Assembly (NCBI GenBank): GCA_965216465.1
Contig: CBDCFW010000004.1
Coordinates: 224,001 to 288,000, forward strand
Source: Bacteroidia bacterium
Lineage (GTDB): Bacteria; Bacteroidota; Bacteroidia; NS11-12g; UBA9320
Direction of reading: 5' to 3'
Length of the DNA: 64,000 nt
Both the position numbers and the translations under genes were made by a program. Below the pieces are notes generated by a model. It did no database searches. It was not told the origin of the DNA and saw only the letters and a program-made list of their open reading frames with translations. Position 1 is the first letter of the stretch. Every line of letters starts with the position of its first letter. This document shows, one piece after another, positions 9,889-19,274 of the stretch.

Positions 9889-10896
9889 ATGAACGAAAAC
9901 AAAGAGTTTGATTTCAACTTTGTAGATATAGTCTCTCTAATTTGGAAGTATCGCAAGCACCTTATAATCATAGGGCTATCCGCGGCGATTTTGACGTCTA
10001 TTTTTACTGCACCTTTTTTTATTAAACCCAAGTACAAGTCTGAAGTAGTATTTTATCCAACTACGATTAATTCTATTGGTAATGCAATGTTTACTGACCT
10101 CAATAAACGAGAAGCCGATCCTTTGGCTTTTGGTGAGGAGGAAGAGGCAGAGAATGCGTTACAGTTATTGAATTCTTCTGCCTTACAGGAAAGAATTGTA
10201 AAAAACTTCAACTTAATGGAGCATTACAATATCAATAAAGAGGGAAGAAGTCCACGTACCGATCTTGCTGAGAAGATGGCAAAAAATATCAACTTCTCGC
10301 GTACAAGACACCTTGCTGTTGAAATTAGTGTTCTTGACGAAGACCCACAAAAAGCTGCAGATATTGCTAACGGCATTGGACAGATTTATGATTCGGTTAA
10401 AACTGAAATTCAGCATCAAGTTGCACTCGAGGCACTTCAAATTGTTGAGGACCAATTCAGAGCAAAAGAGAAAGAAGTTTGGGATATCCGTACTCAATTG
10501 AAAGAGCTGGGAGACAAAGGTGTTACCAACTACGAAGAGCAGTCTCGTGCAATTTCTGAAGAGATTTATAAAGCAGGAATTAATTCACCAAGAGGCAAGC
10601 GATTAAAAGAAGAGCAAGATAAATTGGCTAAGCATGCCGGTGAGTTTACCTACTTAAACGAAACTTTAATATTAGAATTGGAAACACTAAGTCAGCTTAG
10701 AAAGAAATATTTAAAGTCTAAGGTCGACGTAGAGAAAACGTTGCCACAAAAGTTTATTCTTACCAAAGCCTCTCCTGCAGAGAAAAAATCTTATCCAATT
10801 CGCTCATTATTGGTTTTAATAGTTACTGCAGCCACTGGATTATTAAGTGTGGTAGTTCTATTAATTATGAACCAAATGAGCATGCTTAAAAAGTAA
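9889..10896 (+). CDS. Wzz-like polysaccharide chain-length determinant
   Basis: Two TM helices flanking a coiled-coil periplasmic region; PAEKKSYPIR motif before TM2; own -7 box TACCTTTG at 9859-9866. Confidence 0.8.
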   Translation: MNENKEFDFNFVDIVSLIWKYRKHLIIIGLSAAILTSIFTAPFFIKPKYKSEVVFYPTTINSIGNAMFTDLNKREADPLAFGEEEEAENALQLLNSSALQERIVKNFNLMEHYNINKEGRSPRTDLAEKMAKNINFSRTRHLAVEISVLDEDPQKAADIANGIGQIYDSVKTEIQHQVALEALQIVEDQFRAKEKEVWDIRTQLKELGDKGVTNYEEQSRAISEEIYKAGINSPRGKRLKEEQDKLAKHAGEFTYLNETLILELETLSQLRKKYLKSKVDVEKTLPQKFILTKASPAEKKSYPIRSLLVLIVTAATGLLSVVVLLIMNQMSMLKK

Positions 10897-12339
10897 ATGC
10901 TTTCGAGCGCTAACATAAAAAGCTTGTACGTCTACGCATTTCTATTTATTGCGGCGTGCATCGCTTCGTTGGTGTTTGAGTTTTACTACATTGTACTTGC
11001 TCCAGTTGCTTTAGCTTTTGGGTACACACTCATTACTCAGCCAAGATACATTTTGTACTTTTTGGCTTTTTCTACACCGTTATCGGTGCACCTTATAGAA
11101 GAAAGAGTCTCTACGATAAATTTAAGTTTACCAACTGAACCTTTAATCATCTTGCTGTTTATAGGAGCGTTGTTGCTTTTGGTTAAGAGTAAAAAAATCA
11201 CTCATCCAGAGGTGACTACAATACTTTCTATTTTAGTTCTGGTCGATTTTAGTTGGTTAATTATTACTGCGTTAACCAGTACAATGCCATTAATATCACT
11301 TAAATACGTATTGTCAAAGGCTTGGTATTTGGTTGTTTTTTATTTTCTACTAACGAAAGTATTTAAGAGCAGACATGTAGCCAAAGTGTTTTTATGGTGT
11401 TTTATTGTGGCTTGTGTGATACTGGCATCTTACACCTTGTACAATCACGCTCAGGGGTCATTTACGAGGACCTATGCCTACACCGCTATGCGTCCGTTTC
11501 TTCCTGATCATGGTATGTATGCCGCATGCATATCATTTGTGGTACCTTTGTTATTCATCTTTACTTTTCACGGTAATAAGTTTAACTATTCACTTCCATT
11601 TAGAATATTTTGCTTTGCCTTACTTTGCTTTTTTATACTAGCAGTGGCATTGTCTTTTACCCGTGCATCGTGGTTGTCACTAGTTGTCGCTTTTGGAGTT
11701 TATGTTGTACTGCGGATGCGGGTCAATTTTAAACTGGTGGTGTCGGTAGCTTTGATAGCTGTAGGAATTCTCTTTGCGAACATGGATAGCTTGCTTACAG
11801 ACTTGTCTAGAAACAAGAAAGAGTCAGATGATAACATTGAAAATCACCTTCAATCTGTATCAAATGTGAGCTCCGATCCATCAAACCTAGAAAGACTAAA
11901 TCGCTGGGGTAGTGGAATTCGAATGTGGGAAGAAAAGCCCATTTTAGGGTTTGGTCCAGGTACTTATACATTTCAATACGGTACGTATCAGCTGCCACAC
12001 GAAATGACTATAATAAGCACAAATGCAGGTACGCTTGGTGGAATTCACAGCGAGTATCTTAGGCCTCTTGCAGAAAGTGGAGCTTTAGGAGCAATCTTGA
12101 TCGTTAGTATAGTTGTTGTAGTTTTTTCGATGGGTTTTAAGCACAACCGTTTGTTATCTGGCGAGGCGAAATTTTTAAGTATGGCCGTGTTCTTAGGCTT
12201 GGTCACTTATTTTGCACATGGCGTGCTTAACAATTATTCTGAATTTGATAAAATTGCAGTACCATTGTACAGCTTCATGGCTATTTTGACCGCCATCGAG
12301 GTGAACTCTTTCCATGTTAAAAAAGATAGCAAAGAATAA
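10897..12339 (+). CDS. O-antigen ligase / Wzy_C family membrane protein
   Basis: LSFTRASW, SNLERLNRW, PILGFGPG and HSEYL motifs; multiple TM segments. Confidence 0.85.
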   Translation: MLSSANIKSLYVYAFLFIAACIASLVFEFYYIVLAPVALAFGYTLITQPRYILYFLAFSTPLSVHLIEERVSTINLSLPTEPLIILLFIGALLLLVKSKKITHPEVTTILSILVLVDFSWLIITALTSTMPLISLKYVLSKAWYLVVFYFLLTKVFKSRHVAKVFLWCFIVACVILASYTLYNHAQGSFTRTYAYTAMRPFLPDHGMYAACISFVVPLLFIFTFHGNKFNYSLPFRIFCFALLCFFILAVALSFTRASWLSLVVAFGVYVVLRMRVNFKLVVSVALIAVGILFANMDSLLTDLSRNKKESDDNIENHLQSVSNVSSDPSNLERLNRWGSGIRMWEEKPILGFGPGTYTFQYGTYQLPHEMTIISTNAGTLGGIHSEYLRPLAESGALGAILIVSIVVVVFSMGFKHNRLLSGEAKFLSMAVFLGLVTYFAHGVLNNYSEFDKIAVPLYSFMAILTAIEVNSFHVKKDSKE

Positions 12340-13372
12340 ACTTGGGCTAGGCGGATTGATATTCATATCGATCCTTTTAATTATTTCAAGTTTGGGTTAT
12401 CTGATTACACCAGATTCGTCTCCTAAGGCGAATAACATCAATCTCGAAATCGCTCTTAAAAAGCCTGGATTCAGCGTAGATTTCCTACGCATTTCGGAGA
12501 ATCAAGGAGAAGAGACTGGTTTTTTTACCAGTCTAGTTTCAGGAAGGCCAGATCGATTTAAAACAATTCCTGTTGCGGAAATTGCCTACCCAGATAGCTT
12601 CGCTCGATATAATAAAAATGGACTGCTTATTTGGGAAGAGTTAGAGAAATCTGACCTCTCTGCTTCAGATTGGGAAGAGCAATATGTAACACGAAAAAAG
12701 TTCTGGCTCGGAACCGATCGATACGGCAGAGATGTGCTCAGTCGAATAATTATTGGGGCAAGAATTTCACTGCTTGTTGGATTTATGTCTGTATTAATTA
12801 CCCTTGTTATTGGTACAACGCTGGGCTTATTATCTGGATATTTTGGTGGATGGGTAGATACAACTATACTTTGGCTGATTAATGTGGTTTGGAGTTTGCC
12901 GAGTCTCTTAATTGCAATTGCCATTTCATTCGCATTTCAAGAAAAAGGACTGTATCAAGTATTTCTAGCCATTGGCTTAAGTATGTGGGTAGAATTAGCG
13001 CGCATAGTTCGTGGGCAGGTACTTCAAATTAAAGAAATGGAGTACATTCAGGCCGCCAAAGTTTTGGGTTTTGGTAGCTTGAGAATTTTGTTCAAACATG
13101 TACTGCCCAATATTACTGCTCCAATCATAGTAGTTTGTGCAGCAAATTTTGCTTCTGCCATTTTATTGGAAGCTGGACTTAGTTTTTTAGGGTTGGGCGT
13201 TCAACCTCCAATGCCAAGTTGGGGAAGCATGATTAAAGAGCATTATAACTACATTGTATTCAATGCTGCTTACTTGGCAATTATACCGGGATTATGCATC
13301 ATGTTTCTTGTGATGAGTTTTAACTTTCTTGGAAATGCTTTGAGAGATGCCCTCGACGTTAATCTAAAATAG
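12314..13372 (+). CDS. Peptide ABC transporter permease (DppC/OppC-like)
   Basis: WLGTDRYGRD, EYIQAAKVLG (EAA loop), HVLPN, LSFLGLG, PSWG motifs. Confidence 0.9.
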   Translation: MLKKIAKNKLGLGGLIFISILLIISSLGYLITPDSSPKANNINLEIALKKPGFSVDFLRISENQGEETGFFTSLVSGRPDRFKTIPVAEIAYPDSFARYNKNGLLIWEELEKSDLSASDWEEQYVTRKKFWLGTDRYGRDVLSRIIIGARISLLVGFMSVLITLVIGTTLGLLSGYFGGWVDTTILWLINVVWSLPSLLIAIAISFAFQEKGLYQVFLAIGLSMWVELARIVRGQVLQIKEMEYIQAAKVLGFGSLRILFKHVLPNITAPIIVVCAANFASAILLEAGLSFLGLGVQPPMPSWGSMIKEHYNYIVFNAAYLAIIPGLCIMFLVMSFNFLGNALRDALDVNLK

Positions 13373-13426
13373 AACGTCAAGAATGGGTATATACGAGTTT
13401 TCAAATATACCCATGTTGACTAGTTC
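13372..13426. other. Long imperfect hairpin between convergent genes (terminator or sRNA body)
   Basis: GAAC-GTCAA-ga-ATGGGTATAT / 12-nt loop / ATATACCCAT-g-TTGAC-ta-GTTC. Confidence 0.7.
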
Positions 13427-13448
13427 CACTAATAAATTATAAGGTACG

Positions 13449-13479
13449 CAAATTTACGACTTATCTCCTAAGTTTCAAA
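13449..13479 (-). promoter_or_regulatory. Consensus Bacteroidota sigmaA promoter with no annotated gene downstream
   Basis: Minus strand reads TTTG (13479-13476), 19 nt, TAAATTTG (13456-13449). Confidence 0.55.
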
Positions 13480-13509
13480 AAACGAGGAGTTTACGAGTTT
13501 AATTTAGAA

Positions 13510-14283
13510 TTAGTCAATGCTAACTTCGCCTTGAAACACTAGAACGGCCGGCCCCATTAAATAGATATTCTCAAATCCATTATCGGTCTTGTCGAAACTC
13601 ACAGCAAGGCTGCCTCCTTGGGTTTCTACCTTACGAACGTGATTCGTTGACTGGGTGTCGTTATCTACATATTCAACTATTACCGCAGCAGTTACGCCTG
13701 TACCACAACTTAATGTTTCATCCTCAACACCGCGTTCGTAGGTTCTAATGAAAAGGCTCTCAGTTGTCGATTTTATGTAGTTGACGTTAATACCTTTCTC
13801 TTTAAAAGGAGGTGAATAACGAATTGTTTTTGCATCTTCCACGATGTCAAAATTTAAGTCATCTCGTAATACTATGTAGTGAGGTGAACCTGTATAGGTG
13901 ATGTAATCTTGTCCATTATGAGCCACTTCGCGAACATTGTGCATTTTAAGTTTGACGATGTTATTGTCTACTATCGCACTGTGTTCTCCATCGTTCGAGT
14001 TAAAATTACAAGTGTCGGCAATCCATCCTAAATGCTTGGCGTGCATTACGGCACATCTGCTTCCATTTCCACAAAAGCTTTCTGATCCATCTGCGTTGTA
14101 GTACATCATGTCGAAATCGAGATTGCTATCTTGTTTCATCACAATTAATCCGTCGGCCCCAATTCCAAATTTTCGATCACATAGTTTAACAATGGTTTCG
14201 GTGCTAAGGTTATAGGAGTCGCTGGTAATTACAAAGTCGTTTCCGGTTCCTTGATACTTGTAGAATGAAATTTTATTCCTCAT
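13510..14283 (-). CDS. dapF: Diaminopimelate epimerase
   Basis: KYQGTGNDF, CDRKFGIGADG, FCGNGSRC, RTYERGVEDETLSCGTG. Confidence 0.97.
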   Translation of the reverse strand: MRNKISFYKYQGTGNDFVITSDSYNLSTETIVKLCDRKFGIGADGLIVMKQDSNLDFDMMYYNADGSESFCGNGSRCAVMHAKHLGWIADTCNFNSNDGEHSAIVDNNIVKLKMHNVREVAHNGQDYITYTGSPHYIVLRDDLNFDIVEDAKTIRYSPPFKEKGINVNYIKSTTESLFIRTYERGVEDETLSCGTGVTAAVIVEYVDNDTQSTNHVRKVETQGGSLAVSFDKTDNGFENIYLMGPAVLVFQGEVSID

Positions 14284-15394
14284 TTAATACGTTCAGTAGC
14301 GTAGGATTTACTACTTCAATTAGTCTATTGTAAGAATCGTTGTTTTCGATATAGTATTGTTTGCCTTGTACTTCAACATACAAGCGGTCGTCAAGTTCTT
14401 TAAAGGTCAATTCAGTAGCTTCATCAACTCCGTAAAGTTTAACAGTGTTTCCATCGTAATTGTACCCTTTGTAGTTTACAACAGACTTCCAGTATTCTAC
14501 TTCAATATTTCTATTCTTGACTACATTATCCGTTTTCTCTTCAATTTCCTTATCAGCCTCAACACCAACAGAATCAGGCATTGCAGTTTTATATGACCCA
14601 GATTGATCTTTTCTACGTCGATCACCAAAATTTCGTGCTGGCTTAGTTGCTGTAACTACATCTTCTGATTCTTCAATATTGGTAAACGTGTACGAATTGA
14701 ATTGGATACTATTAACCGCATAAGTTTTGTTGCTAAGCATCTGATCTGTTCGTACTTCAAAATCATCTGTGTTGGTGTATCCGTTGTATGTATCTTCAAT
14801 GCCATCGGCATCGGCAGCAACATCAAGATCAAAGGTTAATTCTTCATCAGATTCCAAATCGTCTTCTACAACTTCTAATTCAGGTGGTGGAGGAGTGGTA
14901 GTCCATTCGGCATCTAGAAGATCTTGTTTTGAATCTTCCATTGTTATTGCCTTTTCCAGAATTTGAGTTTCTGCTAAAGAGTCTGAACCGGTTTCATTTG
15001 ATTCTTCAGACTTTGAAAGTCCAAATTCGCTGTTATCTTCAGTACTGTCTTCTGCTGTTTCTTCAACCGCCATAACACTTTCAGAATTGTTGTATTGCTG
15101 GAAGGCAAAAAACGCAGACACCAAAAGTGTGATTGCAGCCGCTGTCGAAAGTACTGCACGCAAACGAGGAGTTAACTGAATAGTAGAACCTTGATTTAGA
15201 CTTGCCTTGAGATTAGCCTTGAGTTCTTTTTCTCTAGCATCTTGTATCGATTGAATAATTGCAGATTGAAGATTGACAGCCTCCTGCAATTCTTGATCAA
15301 CCTTAAGGTCAGCTTTAAATTTATCCAAGGCTCTGCCCTTGAGTTCACCGTTGAGGTACTCGTTGATTAAATGATATGTTTTCTCGTTCATCAT
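14273..15394 (-). CDS. Putative anti-sigma factor (single TM, acidic periplasmic linker)
   Basis: N-terminal LINEYLNGEL...F..DLK.D.EL motif, AAAITLL TM helix, directly downstream of an ECF sigma. Confidence 0.7.
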   Translation of the reverse strand: MMNEKTYHLINEYLNGELKGRALDKFKADLKVDQELQEAVNLQSAIIQSIQDAREKELKANLKASLNQGSTIQLTPRLRAVLSTAAAITLLVSAFFAFQQYNNSESVMAVEETAEDSTEDNSEFGLSKSEESNETGSDSLAETQILEKAITMEDSKQDLLDAEWTTTPPPPELEVVEDDLESDEELTFDLDVAADADGIEDTYNGYTNTDDFEVRTDQMLSNKTYAVNSIQFNSYTFTNIEESEDVVTATKPARNFGDRRRKDQSGSYKTAMPDSVGVEADKEIEEKTDNVVKNRNIEVEYWKSVVNYKGYNYDGNTVKLYGVDEATELTFKELDDRLYVEVQGKQYYIENNDSYNRLIEVVNPTLLNVLNEE

Positions 15395-15963
15395 CAGAGT
15401 AGATCTTCTTTATTATACTGTTCGGTAACTCGTTTTTGTAGCTTTTTAAAGCATTGGTATTTTTTAGCCTTAACTGTATTTGCATTCGCAAACCCAAGTT
15501 TTTCGGCAATTACCTTATTATTAAATCCATCAAAGTAAAAATAGGAGAGTAACCTTTTGCATGTTTCATCAAGCTCTTCAACCATTTTAACAATTATGGA
15601 CCGGTCGATGTTTACATCAATGTTTTCCGATTCAGTTTTGGTCTCAAATTGCTTGTGTTCATCGACCAAAGTAAATTTTGATCTTTTCTTTAACTCTTTG
15701 AACCACAAATTTTTAGCAACTGCCATAACGTATGTGCTAAGCTTAGACTGCAGCAAAAAATCGGACTTGTTTACATTCCGCCATACGGCGATAACGGTGT
15801 CTTGAAGAATGTCTTCCACCACCGTATCATCTCCGCTATTCTTTAAAACAAAATTTTTAACCATCGTGTAATGTTCTTTATACATATAAACAAGCACTTT
15901 TTCATCGCCTTGTTTAATTCTTTCTAGTACGGTATGGTCAGCGAGCTTACGAATACCGAACAT
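15394..15963 (-). CDS. ECF-family RNA polymerase sigma-70 factor
   Basis: 189 aa; region 2 EDILQDTVIAVW...LSTYV; region 4 IAEKLGF..ANTVK..KYQC. Confidence 0.9.
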   Translation of the reverse strand: MFGIRKLADHTVLERIKQGDEKVLVYMYKEHYTMVKNFVLKNSGDDTVVEDILQDTVIAVWRNVNKSDFLLQSKLSTYVMAVAKNLWFKELKKRSKFTLVDEHKQFETKTESENIDVNIDRSIIVKMVEELDETCKRLLSYFYFDGFNNKVIAEKLGFANANTVKAKKYQCFKKLQKRVTEQYNKEDLL

Positions 15964-16164
15964 TTTGTAGATAGTTAATACGCATTAATCGAGAAAGGTA
16001 AATAAGGCGTGTCCAAATCTGTATTTCAGCCGTTAAATACTTCAAAAGATTTTGTAATTTGCGTTTCAATTTTAGCAAAGATAATAGAGCACGACAAATA
16101 GAAATGCACAGTGCAGGATAGAATTAAGTTTTGAAATTAAATTAGACACAAAATAAGACTAATC

Positions 16165-17625
16165 ATGAGTACAAAAAGAGTATTAGGAATTTTAACTATC
16201 GCTATTGTTGGAGGAGTGGTAGCACTCGGAATTAATAAGTTGTTTGCACCGAATAATCCTCCTCAATCTTTTCAAGAACATCAACATGCAAAATTCACTT
16301 TGTCTGAAGCGTTGGATGATGCTCCAGCATTAGATTTTGTAAGTGTTGCAGAAGTATCAACGCCAGCTGTAGTTCACATCAAATCAACTGTTCAAGTTCA
16401 ATCTGGAGGTCCGGATTTTAGAAGTCCATTCGATGACTTTTTTGGTGGCCCAATGTTCCCACAGGACCGTGGTCCACAATTGGCAACTGGCTCTGGGGTG
16501 ATTATAAAAAAGAATGGATATATTGTAACAAACAATCACGTTGTTGACGGAGCGACAAAGGTAGAAGTGGTGCTAGATGACAAAAGAAGCTATGTAGCAG
16601 AGGTTATGGGAACAGATCCTGAAACCGATTTAGCACTATTGAAAATAGAAGAAGATAATCTGCCTTATTTGAACATGGGCAATAGCGATGAGGTGAAGGT
16701 AGGAGAATGGGTAGTAGCAGTGGGTAACCCATTTAATCTTACTTCAACAGTTACTGCGGGTATTGTAAGCGCAAAGGGCAGAAATATCAATTTACTGCGC
16801 CAGAAAGGTGGAGATTATGCCATTGAAAACTTTATCCAAACCGATGCTGCGGTGAATCCAGGAAATAGTGGAGGAGCCTTAGTAAATACAAAAGGTGAAT
16901 TGGTCGGAATTAACACCGCAATTGCGTCACAAACAGGGTCGTATACTGGGTACTCATTTGCAATTCCAATTAATCTTGCTAAGAAGATTATTAAAGATTT
17001 AAGCGATTATGGTGAAGTAAAAAGGGCAATTTTAGGTGTGCGAATTCAAGACGTTACACAAGAATTAGCAGATGAAAAAGGACTTAATGACCTAAACGGT
17101 GTTTACATTCCGAGTGTAAGTGAAGATGGAGCCGCTGATAAGGCCGGAATAAAAGAAGGCGATGTGATTACAAAAATTAACGATGAGGTAGTGAATAAAT
17201 CTTCAGAACTTCAAGAGCAGATTAGCAAGTATCACCCAGGAGACAAGGTTGATGTGACTGTGATACGTGAAGGGAAAGAAAAGCATCTAACCGCTACTCT
17301 TCTATCAAAAGACGGTGCTAATGAGATTGTGACTACAGTGAATCGCGAAGAACGTAAAGTGCTTGGAGCCGATATAGAGAATATCACTCGAGATGAGCGT
17401 ATAAAGCTTGGAATTCGCAATGGAGTTAAAGTGGCGAAACTTGGAAACGGAGCCATGAAGGATAAGGGAATCCCAGCTGGTTTTGTAATCGTGAAAATTG
17501 ACAAAGTACCTATGTACACTACAGCTGATGTTGAAAAGGCATTGACCGATAAAGAGGGTGCTGTTCTAATTGAAGGTGTAAATGCTTCTGGAGAGAAGGG
17601 TGCGTTTGCTATTCGTCTAGACTAA
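16165..17625 (+). CDS. degP: Do/DegP/DegQ family serine endopeptidase with two PDZ domains
   Basis: GSGVI, TNNHVV, DLALL and TDAAVNPGNSGG catalytic triad motifs. Confidence 0.92.
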   Translation: MSTKRVLGILTIAIVGGVVALGINKLFAPNNPPQSFQEHQHAKFTLSEALDDAPALDFVSVAEVSTPAVVHIKSTVQVQSGGPDFRSPFDDFFGGPMFPQDRGPQLATGSGVIIKKNGYIVTNNHVVDGATKVEVVLDDKRSYVAEVMGTDPETDLALLKIEEDNLPYLNMGNSDEVKVGEWVVAVGNPFNLTSTVTAGIVSAKGRNINLLRQKGGDYAIENFIQTDAAVNPGNSGGALVNTKGELVGINTAIASQTGSYTGYSFAIPINLAKKIIKDLSDYGEVKRAILGVRIQDVTQELADEKGLNDLNGVYIPSVSEDGAADKAGIKEGDVITKINDEVVNKSSELQEQISKYHPGDKVDVTVIREGKEKHLTATLLSKDGANEIVTTVNREERKVLGADIENITRDERIKLGIRNGVKVAKLGNGAMKDKGIPAGFVIVKIDKVPMYTTADVEKALTDKEGAVLIEGVNASGEKGAFAIRLD

Positions 17626-17657
17626 AATATTCATTTAATATTATTGAATTCCTTCCT

Positions 17658-18287
17658 CTATTGGGGAAGGAATTTTTTGTTTAATAGATTGGCGGTTGAT
17701 GTATCTCCAATATGATTATAATATTGGGTTTTATAGTCAATTACTACTTCGTCGTATGGGAACATGAGCAAATGCTTGTTGGCTTGGGGTATGACTTTGT
17801 CGCAGTCTTCGTCAATGGTTCTGCAGCGTTCAAGATAATAGTAAACCATAGCAGCGTTAGCTCTATAGTTTTCCGGACTTCGGTTTAATACCAAGTTTAA
17901 GTCTTTGTAAGCTTCATCGAAATAATGGTTCTCAATGTAATACGGAAGTTGATATGCTATCAGATTATCTGCTTTGGCCACCTCTTCGGCTTTACGTTCT
18001 GCTAGAGTCTTATATTTTTGGTTATAGTGCGGGTCATTTTGAACTTGCTCAACATAACCGTTCCAGTGTCGGATAATCAGAAACAGTCCGAGCAAAATGG
18101 ATAAGATGAGCAATAACGAAGCAATGTTTATTCCTTTGATGTAGAGGCTTTCATGCTTTTGTGGCTGAAAATCTGAATAGCGGACGTGGTCAATTTCAGA
18201 ATGTATGGGTTTTCGGTCTCTGCTAAATGCTTTTCGTGGACGCTGACCGCTGATCCACTTTTTGTAGCCCATTCCCATATATCCCAT
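17658..18287 (-). CDS. Hypothetical membrane protein (basic N-terminus, one TM, helical TPR-like C-terminus)
   Basis: ORF with TM IASLLLILSILLGLFLII. Start moved to ATG 18287 because the -7 box TAAATTTG (18295-18302) abuts the GTG at 18293. Confidence 0.65.
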   Translation of the reverse strand: MGYMGMGYKKWISGQRPRKAFSRDRKPIHSEIDHVRYSDFQPQKHESLYIKGINIASLLLILSILLGLFLIIRHWNGYVEQVQNDPHYNQKYKTLAERKAEEVAKADNLIAYQLPYYIENHYFDEAYKDLNLVLNRSPENYRANAAMVYYYLERCRTIDEDCDKVIPQANKHLLMFPYDEVVIDYKTQYYNHIGDTSTANLLNKKFLPQ

Positions 18288-18321
18288 AGCCACACAAATT
18301 TACTAAAAATGCTATGATTTT

Positions 18322-19029
18322 TTACAGATCAAAACCATTCCAGGTCTCAAACTTCCATATTTCCAAAATTTGAGCAATTGGAAGGGTGTAAGGAGCATAG
18401 GCACTATTCGTACTCACGAGTGTAATGGATTGTTCTTCTTTAATTTTGTTGTACAAGCGTTTAAATACTATTCCCTCATCCTTGGTAACCACAATGTAGT
18501 TCTCTCCATCTTTAATATCGCCCCAATCTTGTAAGTAGCTTGCTGTAACCCAAGAACCTTCACTAACGGGAGGCATACTGTCTCCTTTGATTTGGAAGCT
18601 GCGGTAAGTCCTGTTTTTTGGTAAGAAAGGAAGCTTAAACTTGGGTAAACCACCTATGAATTCAGGGTCGGCATATCCGCCAGTGTATCCTGCTTGAGCC
18701 TTCATGCTAACAATCTCGATGTTCTCATTTTCATCCGCATCAACACTAACAGTAAGCAAGCGAAGTTTTCGTCCGCTAATATCAGCTTCACTTCCCTTTA
18801 AAATTTGACTGAGTTTAAAATGTGTGAGCTTCGAAAGGTCGTGCCTAACCAATCCATCCAAAGTAACATTGAAGTAATCGGCAATGTCGATTTGAATGTC
18901 GAAAGGAGGTTGAACACCTCTTTCGTAACTGTTTAATTTTGAGCGAGAAAGCTCTAATGAATCAGCAAGATCCTGTTGAGATAAGCCCTTCTTGGTACGG
19001 AGTAGTTTTATATTGCGATCGAAAAACAT
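18322..19029 (-). CDS. LexA/CI-like transcriptional regulator (XRE HTH plus peptidase S24 domain)
   Basis: HTH LSQQDLA...YERG; Ala-Gly site KAQAGY; catalytic IKGDSM and VFKR; -7 box TACCTTTG at 19050-19057. Confidence 0.88.
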   Translation of the reverse strand: MFFDRNIKLLRTKKGLSQQDLADSLELSRSKLNSYERGVQPPFDIQIDIADYFNVTLDGLVRHDLSKLTHFKLSQILKGSEADISGRKLRLLTVSVDADENENIEIVSMKAQAGYTGGYADPEFIGGLPKFKLPFLPKNRTYRSFQIKGDSMPPVSEGSWVTASYLQDWGDIKDGENYIVVTKDEGIVFKRLYNKIKEEQSITLVSTNSAYAPYTLPIAQILEIWKFETWNGFDL

Positions 19030-19274
19030 ATATTGACTGAGTTATGTTTCAAAGGTAATTTTAATAGATTAAAAAATTGCCTAAATATTGATAAAAAAAT
19101 TATCAACAAATAGAATTGCTTGATACCCAGTAGGTTTAAGTTTTGTTGTGTATATCAGGTACATAAAAAAATGAGCCTAAACCGCTGAAATTTAAGCCCT
19201 ATCATGCATTATTCAGACCAGTTTTGAATACATTTGCCATCATTTAAATTTAGACTTATCACGTTCCGACTGAA

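Noticed and set aside
18322-19029. Prophage CI repressor
   Set aside because: No phage genes nearby; neighbours are degP and mreB, so a chromosomal LexA-like regulator is more plausible.
19088-19108. Fur box or DnaA box
   Set aside because: Half-site spacing (N5) does not fit the Fur 7-1-7 arrangement, and TTATCAACA is a single mismatched DnaA-like box with no cluster.
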